A model generated the notes under the pieces. It had not been told where the DNA came from. It was given only the letters and a program-made list of their open reading frames with translations, and did not search any database. Made by a program: the position numbers and the translations under genes. Shown piece after piece: positions 1 through 12,510 of a DNA stretch of 64,000 nucleotides. The DNA comes from Takakia lepidozioides (lineage: Eukaryota; Plantae; Bryophyta). The DNA is taken from positions 79,980,001-80,044,000 of the forward strand of contig CM060732.1 of the NCBI GenBank assembly GCA_030704615.1. The letters run 5' to 3'. Positions within the stretch are counted from its first letter, which is position 1. Each line of letters begins with the position of its first letter.

Positions 1-1583
1 GATAGTCGTTGTAGGCAATGGTTAATTATCACGTTTTAGTGTATAGCAACATGTACGAGCATGAGAGATTACCGTGACAAATTTCTACAAGGCTACGGCC
101 ATATATAACAATATTATAATGATATCATGCAATATTGTACGTTGTGTAAGTTAATACTTGGTTTAGGACAACTGGGAAGTTCTATGACCGAGACATGATT
201 CAAGAGGTCTCAACAGCCAAGTAGAACTCCTTGCGCATTGTCTTCCCCACGTCCAACCTTCCACTGAAGAAGTGGTTGGGGATGATTTGTCCAATTTTTT
301 TTTAATGAATCTAGGAGGACCAAGTGCTCTCCTCCAACACGAACGATTGAAACGACCCTTGGTAGTAAAATTAACTTGACAAGGTGTTTAAAACTCAAAT
401 AGAAAACAAATGGAGAGGATGTAGATAGACACAAGCTAAGCGAATAGCCTAGAGGGTACGATATTAGACTTCTTCCTGTAGTGAGGAGCAGAGAATGTTA
501 TAAACATATCAAGGCGGGGAGATATTTTTGAATTATACTTGAACGTCCACCGTGGCAAAATGGATGAATTCCACCGTGACTATGTTTCCACCGTGGCAAA
601 ATTATTTCCACGGAGGATGACGTTTTGGCGGGGAGCGCCAGCTTCTCGCGCGCTTCTTCTTCCCTTTTCTCGCCGTTCTTCCATCTCCTCTTGCAGCGCG
701 TACTGCTTGCGATGTGAGCAACGTGAGTATCGTGCTCAGATCATTGTGCTTAGGGGTAAGTTTTGTGAATGAGTTCCTTTATCTGGTTGTGAAGGCTTTG
801 ATTCTAGCATGTGGTAGTGTAGCGTGGGGAGCAGCTGCAGGGAGGTAGTGTGGTGGCGTAGCGTCGCGAGTGTTTGCCTGCAGTACGCGCTAACCTTGCT
901 CTGTGCAAGTTGTGTCAAATTTAAAGTATGGTAAAGCTCTGGTCTTCTTCTGTAATTGCTTTGCCAGACTTGTCATCCTTCTCCCATTATTCGTGAGACT
1001 CACTCTCACATGGTGCATCAGTACGTGGACCCAGCTGTTATCTTGTGTTGTGTGCATTGTGTCAGTGCTGATGCAATTGCTAGGGCTTGGCGAATTCTTG
1101 AAAGTAACCAGGCCGAGCCACGGGTGCTTACAGTCATAGTCAGGTATTGTGGTGCAACGTTGTAAGTTCAATTCACTTGTTTATCCACACTGGGAGAGGT
1201 TGTATTAGGTGCCTAGTAAGTGACGAGGGATCAACGCGTCGACCCAAGAGCTTTTCGGTACAATTTCACAAGGCTGCCCAGCTGATGTAGAGCCACTGAT
1301 GCTTGCAAGTAGCGTATGGCTTTGAAGTTGGGCTCGAAGGCAGCTACCCAGCAACCATAAGCTGCTGCTCTGAGGGAGAAGTATCCAATCTGCTCGTTTT
1401 TAATCTTCCAGGGGTATTTTCTTCATCTTGTTCATCTTGAGTTTTACATTAGAGAACCGCAGGTCTTTAGGTGCATAGTTAGTGATGCCCCATGCAAACC
1501 GCGTATTCTGGTACGCGACTAGATTTCGCTAGAACGGATTTTACCCGGCTATGTAGCTACCACTTATTCAACGCATGTTGCAG

Positions 1584-1644
1584 GTACCCTAAGGACGCTG
1601 ACAAAGTTCTGTTAGCCAAGCAAACTGGTTTGATATGAAGCCAG
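1584..1644 (+). pseudogene. Orphan exon of a BEL1-like (TALE) homeodomain gene
   Basis: AG/GT-bounded 61-bp exon translating YPKDADKVLLAKQTGLI*SQ, matching the conserved short BELL homeodomain exon (YPKDSDKxMLAKQTGLTRSQ). The in-frame TGA falls at the conserved Arg. No flanking homeodomain exons seen. Confidence 0.75.
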
Positions 1645-3700
1645 GTAACATTTCATCGCAGAGGGTTTCTTGCTTGCGCTTGACAATGAGGTGTATGCTT
1701 GGGTTTCTGTCTGCCAAGGCTGAGTGAGTAGCTTGCTAAGCGAGCCAGCGCCCTGCTTGTGTCCGCTGGGAAGCAATCCTCGGCGCTCGTCGGTGACCTT
1801 ACCGCAATGTTCGATGCACACCAACATACCTGTGATCACAGCAAGGACTTCAGAGAAGATCGGAGAACTGACCTTAAAGAGAACAAACTGAGTTCACAGA
1901 AATGGGCCTCTTGACTGGTATGTGTAGAATAACTTTGTGGTTGAGCTTCATATTCAGAACCACGTTGTGTGGCACTAATGCATTTGACTATGGCTCTGTA
2001 TGGAGACTTTGGCTCTGGATTTGACTTTGGAATGCAGGAGCATTTCTGGCAGCGAAGTACAGCAATAGATCCACCACAGTTGCTGCCACCACACTGAAGC
2101 AGGTCTGTCATTACTCACAACTCGGTCTTCTCTTCAATAGGTACTGATAGATAGGTACTGATGGGTAGGTACTGACAGCCATAAGAAATCCCTTTGACAC
2201 TCATTTTAGTCAGAATGTAGTCAGAATGGGAATTTTCTGGATCTGAAAACAGTGGATCAGTGTAAACATCGAGGGACCCTTTCTCTGTACATTTTCTCTA
2301 CAAGGGGCATCTAAGACATAACCATTTCTTCAGATGCGAGAACGGAGTCTCACATGATGAGTCGTGCATTCATGGATGCAACTCGGAGTTCCAGGAGCTG
2401 GAGGCAGTACCAACTACAGCTATTGTGGAGGGTCCACTGGAGCCAGCTGTAGCAGTTTCCTCTCCTTTGCCGGAGGTCTCTGATGAGCCCCTCGAACTCT
2501 TTTTCACTGTAGGTCAATTTTTGACAAAGTCTCCATCTCTGCTTTTGTTTTTATCTTCCTGTACTGGAGTGTTACAAACTGGAGTTCTGGGTGATGGCTT
2601 CAAGGTGAGGTTAAGCAGATTCTTGGAGGTACAGTCCCCCCTTCCCTCTTCTCTTCTCTTCTCTCTGGAGATTTTGGCATTCCGTCCTTAAGCTCCCGAC
2701 AAGATGAATTCAAGGTCAGATGGTGGGGTCAGCTGCAACATATGCCCAACACCAGGTATCCTAAGTTAATCGACTCTATATCTTGGAAAGAGGACCGCCT
2801 CAAACAGGCTAAGTCCTCGCAACGGCGGCCAACAACGTCTTATGAGTACAATCTCTGGAGATTTCTCTACAAGTACAAGTTAGTTTGATGATGGTTGCTA
2901 TGGTTGAGAAATGATTTGTGTAGTGTTTTTGTGTGGAAGCAGAATGCAGTTTGTGTGAACAACACCGAATTACCACCATCAACAGACTCACGGACATTAG
3001 GAGGACGGTGTCTGTGATGCACTCTTCCGGCTGTTAGAGGTTACTCTTCCTTTCTGCTGCTTCTAGCTGTGTTGTAATCCTATTGAGACACCGTTAACAT
3101 TGGAGTAGGGCCCTGATGCCCGCATGACATTGGTGGTGCCCTGTTTATTCTTAGTTACAGATTTATTATGCAAATTGATTTCTTATTCCATGGATTCATG
3201 GTGTTAATCACTTTCTCGCATGTTGTTGCTCATGCGTTTATCTTTCAGCCTGGACATGGTTATATTATATGGACATGCTACACATCAAGATTAATTTGCC
3301 TATTTTGGTCTTGAAGCTTGTAGAGGCACGGCGAATTGAGGAAGGTGGAAAGAAGACCTTTGCCAATGTTTTATAAAGAAGAGAGTCTGACATCCTGACT
3401 GAAATCTTTCTCTGATATCTCACCTGATCTCCAGTAGGTTTCTGCCAGGGCTGGTGTCTTACTGCCTTGGTTGAAGTTCTTGTAGATCTGTTAGCAAGTT
3501 GCCAATTGGCTCAGTTTTTAGTTATTTACTGGGGATTACCTCACAATCTGTTTTACAATTATAGTTTCAGTTATTTGCTGGGGATTAACTCACAATCTGC
3601 TTTACAATTGGAATTGGAATTTTAGCGGAGGTGAGGTAGGGTTATCAAATGACTATGCTAGGGGCCTATCTTGGGTCAAATTGGTTTTGGCTTTGTACAG

Positions 3701-3785
3701 GGCCAGAGTATTTCGGATCTGCAAACCCCACCATTGCCAGGCTGATTCAGCAGTTGCCCAATGCAGAGAAGTGCACGAAGTACAG
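3701..3785 (+). pseudogene. Orphan exon encoding an FY-rich C-terminal (FYRC) domain fragment
   Basis: AG/GT-bounded exon translating (G)PEYFGSANPTIARLIQQLPNAEKCTKY, resembling the FYRC signature (GxxxFG...I..LP.A.KC..Y). A possible preceding piece, EARRIEEGGKKTFANV, lies at ~3323-3370. Confidence 0.6.
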
Positions 3786-4679
3786 GTCAGCATTCTCCAT
3801 ATCCATCATATGAATCACACACAATCACACAGGGTTTGACAGGCGGTGCTAGCCAATGGGGAGGTGGTCAAGACAACTAATGGGGAGGTGGTCATTTGCA
3901 GTACGACCAGGCGATCATGCAAAGCACTTGAGGACATAGCCTGGTTGAGTGGTTAGCAGATCCAGCTATTGCAAGCAATCCTACGCTGCTGCTGACTGTT
4001 GGCATCATCTATTCCCATGAGCAAAATTACAATGAATCTCTCAAGCATACACATGTGGGGGGGACTCTTGACTTGTGAGTAATCTGTCAGAACCCAGGGT
4101 TTGTCAAATCATATCTGTTGGTGCTGTAGGGATGAGGGTTTGGGTTTTGGTACAGTGGGCCACACTATGATGGCCAGGATATGTTGTTCTTTATGAGGTG
4201 GGGCTGGTTGGGTTGGTTTCGCAGGATAAGGAATGCCTCTGCTTAATCACTGTTGCTTTTCTTTGACAGCTGGGCATCACAGATTCAAGCTGCGTATGGT
4301 GATGGTGAAGGCACTGGGGAGGACCTCATCTGGTACTTCGGGGCATAAAACAGTGGGCCGGATGAGAGTAGATGGATACCTGTTTCAACAAACACTTGTT
4401 TCACGTTTGATGGACACTTGTTTCAACAAACGGATAAATAAAGTCAAATAAGGTGGAAAGGTATAGGATAAATAAAGTCAAATAAGTTGAAGCCAAACAA
4501 GCTTGAATTGAAATAAGTTTAAAGTCAAACAAGTTGAATTGAGGCTAAATCAAATAAACTTCGGTACTTGTATCAGATAACAGAAGCCACACTTTAAGAA
4601 GTGTTACTGCCAGTCACATACCATATCCAGACGTGCGATCAGCATTTGAGCTTCAGGCAATTCCTTATACCCTCACAAC

Positions 4680-4877
4680 TTTTGTAAAATTGCAGCACTC
4701 CATTAGTCAGACAATGCCAAGGAATTAACAAACAAGATATTGGATTTTGTAAAATTGGAGCACTCCATTAGTCAGACAATATCAAGGAATTAACAAACAG
4801 GATACTGGCTTTTGGAAATTGGAGCACTCCATTAGTCGGACAATGCCAAGGAATTGACAAACATGATATTGGCTTTT
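4680..4877. repeat. Tandem repeat, 3 x 65 bp
   Basis: Units start at 4680, 4745 and 4810 (ttttgtaaaattggagcactccattagtcagacaatgccaaggaattaacaaac...). Confidence 0.9.
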
Positions 4878-4903
4878 AACCTTCGGGCACTCAGCTTCTG
4901 AGA

Positions 4904-5668
4904 ATGGCAATGTCGGAGATCACGAATTTGCCGTTGAGGAAGCAGCCTCCTTATAAGGTGCAAGTTGCAATTGATGGAAAGTATGCACCATTGATTTTGA
5001 GAGGTCGGTTACTAGACGAGCAGACACCGAAGTCAAACTTCCCTAAAAAACGGAGAGGAGGATGTACAAACATAGAGCTCTGCTTGATTCATCCCTTTAT
5101 CCCATTGACCCAGCTACAGGAGTACGTCCCAACATGAATTCCATAAGAGACTTGCTTCAATTCGTGGGAGATGGAGAGGAGGGTTTTCTGGGTTATGTGA
5201 AACACCTTCAAAGTGTTTGCTCAACCACTGTAGAGACCGCAAATTGGCGAATTTTATGCGAAGCTGTACAATAGCAAAGCGCAATAGAGATTCAAAAATT
5301 GAGAGATCAAGTTCAAGTAGAACATTCCTCCCGCATGGAGATTGATTCATTGAGTGCTCACATCATTACTCTGGAAAACAACATAAGCAACATGAGAGCT
5401 TCATATGAAAGTCAGCTGCATAGTCTGCAGTTACAAGTTCAAAATAAAGAAGAAGAAGTTCGTGTAATGGAGGGTGTTTGTGAAGCTCAATTGGAAGCTG
5501 TACGATCAATTCATGCGATGGAGTTAGATCAGATTGCGAGTTCCCACAAGTCCGAATTGAGATCCCTCAGGTTGCAGCTCACAAGGTCTAGGGCAACATA
5601 TACTCGCTTGGAGCAAAAACTGAGTAAGGTTCGCAACACCCCCTATGGACCTAGAAGCCAAATATGCC
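4904..5668 (+). pseudogene. 5' part of an unknown, probably transposon-derived gene with a coiled-coil region, interrupted by the Gypsy insertion
   Basis: Overlapping frameshifted ORFs 4904-5137, 5062-5274 and 5299-5668. The reading ...TPYGPRSQI continues as RQRKDLNNLAP at 16911 once the element and one TSD copy are removed. Confidence 0.55.
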
Positions 5669-5985
5669 TGTCAAGTTATTTTACCACTAGTGTGAAACTA
5701 GCTAGGAAATAGCTAGCTTTTACATATTGACATTTGGGATTGGCCCAAGTGTCAATCCAGGGGTCAAGGCAGATTTAGGCCCTGGAGTGGTTATCTTCAC
5801 GGCAAGCGCGGAAGGCTCATCTTTCTCGAGTTGAGCCTCACCGCGCCTAGCTATGGCGCCGTAGTGTGGATTCCCCATGGCGTGGGGTGCACTTGGCTTG
5901 ACTTGTATTTGAGTGATGAGGTTATATATGCATGAGTTTATGCTTCAGATTTGTGAGCTCGTGCTTGTATCCTTCTTCTTTATCA
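5669..5985 (+). repeat. Terminal repeat A1 (3' part of the LTR, probably including R-U5)
   Basis: 317 bp, 2 mismatches to 16404-16720; ends ...ctttatCA. Confidence 0.95.
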
Positions 5986-6001
5986 CTCGAGAAAGATGAG
6001 C
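5985..6001 (+). promoter_or_regulatory. Self-priming primer-binding site (Tf1-type)
   Basis: actcgagaaagatgagc, at the LTR 3' end, is the exact reverse complement of 5815-5831 (gctcatctttctcgagt) inside the LTR. No TGG tRNA-type PBS is present. Confidence 0.75.
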
Positions 6002-7429
6002 TCATATCTGTGAGTGCCAGATACGAGTTAGTTGTAGCACTTGTGGTTTTTGCTTGAGAATGAGAGAAACCAAGTTGTTATGCAAGGAGCACCGTTGAGC
6101 TCTTGGTTGTTAGAAGCGGAGGCGATGTGGGTTACGAGGTGGTAGACCTTGGCATTCGATCTTCAGCTTCAGAGATGAAAGCACCATGCTGCAGGTAATT
6201 CCAGAGCACCTTGATGGTTTCAGATTGTGTACATGCATGAGCAAGCACGATTGGGAAGAGGACCAGTCAAGAGCAGGTTATAGTGGCTTTGGTGGCAAAG
6301 CTGAGAACTGGACTTGGGAATGCGAGCTTTCATTGTGTGAAGGATTGCAAGACCAAGCGAAAGGGCTGATTTGGCTTGGGGCAAATCAATGCACTTTGTG
6401 GAGTATGGTGAGATTGGGTTTCAATCTCGAGCTTCAGCATTGAGAGGGCTCTTGTCATGGCAAGAGCAGGGCTGGAACAGGAGCTAAGAGGTGCGGCAAG
6501 GCCATGGAATGTGCACCTAGGGTTTCAGAGCTTGGAAGAAGAGCTCTTGCACCACAAGAGAAGTGTCTTGTGGCTGGAAATGTAAGCCTTAGGGTTTCAG
6601 GAGCTTGGCAAAGGCTGTGGAGTGCTTAGTCTTGTCTTAGAGAGCATCAAGGAGCCAAGGAGCCAAGATAGGGGGCTGATATCTCTTGTGTGAAGATGTT
6701 GCATGTGTGGAGCATGTATTCAGCTCATTGAAGCTTCCATCTTCAAGCTTGGAGGGCAAGCAAGGAAGTGGGAAGGGCTGACTTCCCTTATGTGAGGGCA
6801 ATGCATGTGTGGAGCATGCTATCAGCCTGATGAAGGCTTGCACTTTCAAGTTTGTGGGTGCAAGAAATGAAGCAAAGGAGATGATTCTCTTATGGTGAGA
6901 GTGGGACATGTGTGGAGCATGCCTTCAGCCCATTGAGGCTCTTGTTTTCAAGCTTTAGAGAGCTAGAACAGAAGGTCTAGGGCTGGTTTCCACTTGGAGT
7001 GAAAGAAAAGCACTTGTAGGGCCTATGTGCGTTGGGGTTTCAACTTCAAGCTTGAAGGGAGCGCAACTCTTGAAGCAGCAGGTGTAGGGGGCTGGAATAG
7101 GCTCTAAGACAGATGTTATGGCCAAGGAGAGTGCTTGAATGAGTGCTCACAAGGGCTGGGAACCAGCAGGGCTTGGTTGTTTGCCATTGAGTTTAGTGGC
7201 GTGTTTGGGGAGGCTAAGTGAGAAAGAAAGCTTGGTTTGTGGCAACCACCTCATGGCTTAGGGCTACTATGGTGGTGTGTGGGAGCCGAAAGAGCAAGAA
7301 TACCTTGTTGATTTCCTCATAGCCGCCATAGCTCGGTGGAAAGAAGCCTAGAGTCCAAGAGACACAAACCCTAGCTTGGCGTGGCTAAACCCATTGGAGA
7401 AATGGCTAAACTGCCAGAGCGGCCATGGA

Positions 7430-8350
7430 TGGGGCTGTGACGGGCTGTGCCTGAGGCCTTTGGGGCTATGAGGGGCTGTGTCAGGCCATGCCTGAGGCTT
7501 GTGGGGCTGTGACAGGCTATGCCCAGTGGCCTGTGGGGCTGTGACGGGCTGTGCCCAGTGGCCTGTGGGGCTGTGACGGGCTGTGGCGGGTTGTGCGGGG
7601 CTGTGACAAGCTGTGCCCAGTGGCCTGTGGGGCTGTGACGGGCTGTGACAGGCTGTGCCCAGTGGCCTGTGGGGCTGTGACGGGCTGTGAGGGGCTGTGA
7701 CAGGCCGTGCCTGAGGCCTTTGGGGCTGTGACGGGCTGTGAGGGGCTGTGACAGGCCGTGCCTGTGGCCTTTGAGGCTGTGACGGGCTGTGAGGGGCTGT
7801 GACAGGCCGTGCCTGAGGCCTTTGGGGCTGTGAGGGGCTGTGACAGGCCGTGCCTGAGGCCTTTGGGGCTGTGACGGGCTGTAAGGGGCTGTGACAGGCC
7901 GTGCCTGAGGCCTTTGGGGCTGTGACGGGCTGTGAGGGGCTGTGACAGGCCGTGCCTGAGGCCTTTGGGGCTGTGACGGGCTGTGTCGGGCTGCGCCGGT
8001 GGCCTTCAGGGCTGTGACGGGCTGCGCCAGTGGCCTTCGGGCTGTGACGGGCTATGAGGGCCTGTGCCAGTGGCCTTCGGGGTCGTGACGGGCTGTGAGG
8101 GCCTGTGACGGGCTACGCCGGTGGCCTTGGGGGCTGTGAGGGGCTGTGACAGGCTGTGCCCAGTGGCCTGTGGGGCTGTGACGGGCTGTGCGGGGCTATG
8201 ACAGGTTGTGTGGGGCTGTGACGGGCTGTGACAGGCTGTGGCGAGCTGTGATGGGCTATGAGGGGCTGTGACAGGCTGTGCCCAATGGCCTGTGGGACTG
8301 TGACGGCTGTGACCAGTGAGCTGTGTGGGCCTGTGCTGGTCTGTGGTGGC
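7430..8350. repeat. G-rich minisatellite built on the 10-mer GGGCTGTGAC with higher-order units, inside the element leader
   Basis: Dozens of gggctgtgac/gggctgtgag/aggctgtgcc variants, with higher-order units such as tgcctgaggcctttggggctgtgacgggctgtgaggggctgtgacaggccg. Confidence 0.95.
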
Positions 8351-9049
8351 CCGTGTTGACCTGTGGACGGCCTGTGCTGACTCGTGGAGGCACTGGTGGA
8401 CTGCCTAAGGACTGGCATGTGGTCTGGAAGGCCGAATTTTGAAGCTCGTGGAGGGCGGTTTGAGGAGTATCTTCATGATATTCCCATGGTCATGCAAGTG
8501 AGGGAAGAGAGGAGAGGAAGAGTGTTGGGATGAGGGCATGCTGGGGTTAGGCATTGCTTTAGCTTCTCTTCCTCGTAGTTTCCACCCTCTCATTAGGCCA
8601 AGACCTTTCCGTAGGTGGAGGCAAGAGTCAGTCTGGGTTTGGGCTGGGGTGTCCTTGCAGGAGCAACACCGTGGAGTTGTTTTTGGTGTGGGGGAGTTGT
8701 CGTTCTGATTTCTTGTGTTTGGATCCTCTCCATACCTGATGCTTGACTGTGCGCCATGCTAGTTTTGTGTGGGCGCTTGTTTTTATAGGTGATTGGTCCG
8801 GATTTGATCACCAGCCAGTCCTAGAACATGCTGTCGATGGTGAGGCTGGGGTGATGACCAACCAGACCATCATTGTTTCTCCTGTGGTGAGGTTGGAGGT
8901 GATGACCAGCCAACCATAGGAGTGCTTGCGGTGGATGCAGATACAGGTGTAGGCTATGTTAGGAACTTAGTATTCCAAACCATAAGCCGCAACAGGTTCT
9001 CTACCCGGTTACCTTGTGGAGAGGGGGTTAGGGACATGTTCATGACCGG

Positions 9050-10938
9050 TTGAGTGTCAACACGGAGGTGCCACTAGTTGCTGGGGACTGTGCCGGTTCG
9101 AGCACTAGCGATACTAGTGGGTACATGAGACGAGGTGTGCGGTTTAGGCCACCTTCACCTCATGTGTCTTCTACGGAAGGTTCTGATTCGGATTGTGAAT
9201 CAGGAGGACTCATACCGGCGGTGCAAGTTGTTTCTTTGCCATTGTTGTGGGACACAATGGAGGAGATGTATGGAGCTACCAAGGGGCCACGAAGGTACTC
9301 CGGGGCGGTGGGCACCATCGAGTTGGATGATTTTATCCAAGAGTTTGATAGTTGGTGTGATTTGCAGCAAATGCGCAATCCACAACTATTTACGCCGTTC
9401 ATGGCATGGAAAGGGCTGTTTCAGCACCTTGAGGGGCCGCCTATGGATGATTACCATGAGTTCAGGCGGGGGCATGAGGTTGAGATCGAGGAGTGGAGGA
9501 TGTACTGGTCACCCGACTATGTCTCCATCACTAGGGGCACTAGAGCCATAAGGGCAGTGGCTACACCTGCCGCTGCACCGGCAGCTTCAGCAAGTAGCAG
9601 TGGAACTAGTGGACTGGTGGTACAGTAGCTACGACGTCCACCCAAGTCACTACCGCACCAGCACTAGCACTCGTGCCTGCCTTCAACCCTGTCAACCCTG
9701 TTGTGGAGTTCTTCGAAGAGTTGAGAGGGAACTACCAAGGGGTGAGGACAGAGAAGTTGCGGAGCTTGCAAGAGTTCCAACGGAAGCCGACCGAGAGCTT
9801 GAGGGAGGCTTTCACTCGCATGAGGCGCTTGATAAATGTAACCCGAGGGGTTACGGAAGCTCAGGCAGTCCAATTCTGGTATGGGATATTGGACAAGGAG
9901 CTGAGGAGAAGGGTGCGGGATGCAACTCTCCTACAAGCGGCCCAACCCACCTTAGCAAATGTGTTTTTGCTGGCAGAGCGGATAGAGCTCAACATGGTGG
10001 AGGAACGAGTGGTCATGGTGGGATTTGCTAAGGAGACACCACGGGGTAGTGGTGCTCCTAGCCAACCACTACCTCAACGTGCTCAAGGCAACAAGGGGGC
10101 TCAGGTGAAGCTCAGGGAAGGGCAGAGAGGACCTCAGATGCAGGGGTCTCTCTCTTCATTTGCTGGCCAACAACGGGCGGATGTGGTGTGCTGGACATGT
10201 GGAGGACCCCATGTCAAGAAGGATTGCCCAGAGGGAGGCAAAGGGTCGGCACATGCACAGCCTGCACAGTTGCAGTGTGGGCATTGTGGCAAGCACGGGC
10301 ATGGAGAGACCCAGTGTTATGGTTTGCATCCTGAGTTGCGCCCAGGCCAGTTCCAAGGGAACAATGGTGGCCGGGGGCGAGGTGGAGCAGCCCAAGGGCA
10401 AGCTCAACGTGGCCAAGGACGCGGAGGTCAGGGTGTTGACCAAGGCATGGCCAACCGGCTTCAGCAGCTAGAGCAGAGGCTCGCTGCCATGGCTACAGCT
10501 CAGGTGGTACCGGCTCTAAGGCCGGATGGTCCACCTCCTGCTCCTGAGGGAGGAGATATGGGAGGCATGGGATTCATGGGTGGAGCAGCACTACCACTAA
10601 TGCAGGTGGAGTCTGCTGCAGCCGTGACTCGAGGAGCAGCACGAGTTCCTGAGCCACGAGGTGCAGAGGTGGAGTTGGATCCACAGCGTGGGGAGGCAAG
10701 CCGTCAGGCTAGGCTTCCTCAATCATTCACATTGGCGGAGACAGTGTCGACGCCATCCATGGCACCTAGTTCTCGCCCGACTGTTACCGAGGCGGAGGTT
10801 ACTATGTCATTGGGGAGAGCTACACGGGTAGCACCACAACCTAGTGTTGCCAAGGCTACGGTAGCCAGTGTGCTGCTAGGAGCGGCCACATCTGTGTGCC
10901 AGGCTCCATTGTTCTCGGCTACCATGATTGCGACGTCC
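9050..10938 (+). pseudogene. Gypsy gag (frameshifted) with two CCHC zinc knuckles
   Basis: ORFs 9050-9628 and 9673-10998 are in different frames. Retrotransposon gag-like FQRKPTESLREAFTRMRRL; knuckles CWTCGGPHVKKDC and CGHCGKHGHGETQC. Confidence 0.85.
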
Positions 10939-11569
10939 TTTCCAGATACAGACGTCTCTGGGAGGATCGGAGCAAGCTCGGGGCATGACACGGCGTGAGT
11001 TGGCTATCAGACTACGGCCGGATCACCCTACAGATGGCTCAGCGATGTGAGCCAAGGCCATTGTGACAGACGCGATCTCATACGATGTCCTGGTTGGTGG
11101 GGCAGTGTTGTACCCCATGGGCTTCACCCTGGATTTTTGGGAGGAGTCAGCTTCCTATAGGCCTGCATGGCAGTCAGGGGAGGGCCGACGTGTGCAGCTC
11201 CCTGTGACGTTCATAGGAGGAGTTGCGGTTGCCCAGCGAGGCAAGATGCCGACACTAACAGCATTCACAACGGCAGTGAGTTGGCCTAGAGAGTTGCTTG
11301 AGGGCAATGCTCATTCAGAGGATGTACCACCTCCGGGAGAGCAGGATGACATGTATGGTATGGCGGAGTTGCCTACCATGGTTGCTCAGACTCCATTGTG
11401 GGGCACGAGCAAGGATTTGCAGCGGGATGCTGATCGACGGGTGCAACAAGCCTGGGTGGAGGCTTTTGTACCGTCAGGAGAGGAGGAGAGTGTGGGGATT
11501 GCACCAGGACCACCTCAATTGTCTCCATTGGACACCACACCTATTGTGTGGCAGTATACGGATGAAGGC

Positions 11570-12510
11570 ATTTGTCTTCTGGACTTGTTTGGCGGGATCA
11601 ACACCGGATTGGCTGCTGTGTTACAAGCAGGTGTACGAGTTCGGCGTTACCTGTATGTGGAGAGAGATGAGACTGCATGACGCGTTTCACTTCGCCATGT
11701 TGCTCAGTTGGTGCAGCGGTACCCTGAGTTGTTGTCGGTGTCTGCAATTCGTGGATATCAGCAGGCCTTGCCAGCAGACATTTTGTTGCTGGGGGCGCAG
11801 GATTTGGAGCGGGTTGGCTCCATTGATCTGGTAGTGGCAGGTTGGCCCTGCCAAGGGCATTCATCAGCCGGGCATGGCAATGGATTGCGAGACTCGAGGT
11901 CGGGTCTGTTTTGGGAGATGGTGCGGGTTTTGCGCCACTTGCAGCTTCATCAAGCTGTATCTCCAGCATACATCTTGGAGAATGTGCCACTGATGGGCGA
12001 TTCTCGGGCCAGGGTGATGGCCAGTGTGCATCAAGTCCGGTTGTGGCTTGGGTCAGCAGTGTTGCTAGATGCAGCTACAGTGGGGTCACGAGCTCATCGT
12101 CCACGGCTATGGTGGACTAACTTGATGCCACCCGCACTGCTCAAGCGTGCATTTGATGGGGTGCAGCGGCCAGCACATCTCACAGTGGATAACATTCTGG
12201 ACACATGGAGGCAGTCTCAGCGTGTGAGACACGATGACCGTTCGCCTTTGGCAGTGGTCAACAAGGTGGGTCAACCACGGACAACATTACCTACACTGCT
12301 CAGCTTCCCAGGATCGCATGCTTTCCGGGATAGTGGACCTGGCCTCCTGTGGGATGCTCAGTTGCAGCAGTTAGTGGAGCCTAATGCTGACGAGCGTGAG
12401 CGGGCAATGGGTTTTACCACTGGTACCACGGCGGTGTCGTCTCTTTCTGAGGCATCACGTCGTCAAGTGTTGGGGCAAGCAATGGATCTCAATTGCTTGA
12501 CCTGGATTAT
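11570..12510 (+). other. C5-cytosine DNA methyltransferase domain (DNMT3-like) within pol
   Basis: Motif I LDLFGGINTG, II YVERD, IV DLVVAGWPCQGHS (catalytic PC), V RSGLFWE, VI YILENV, VIII RAHRPRLWWTN, IX ERERAMGF, X RRQVLGQAMD. A single TGA at 11678 interrupts it. Confidence 0.92.

Noticed and set aside
1836-2700. Short ORFs on both strands
   Set aside because: No identifiable motifs; probably decayed sequence.
8113-8418. ORF with repetitive PSQP/HSP content
   Set aside because: Translation of the minisatellite; no independent coding evidence.
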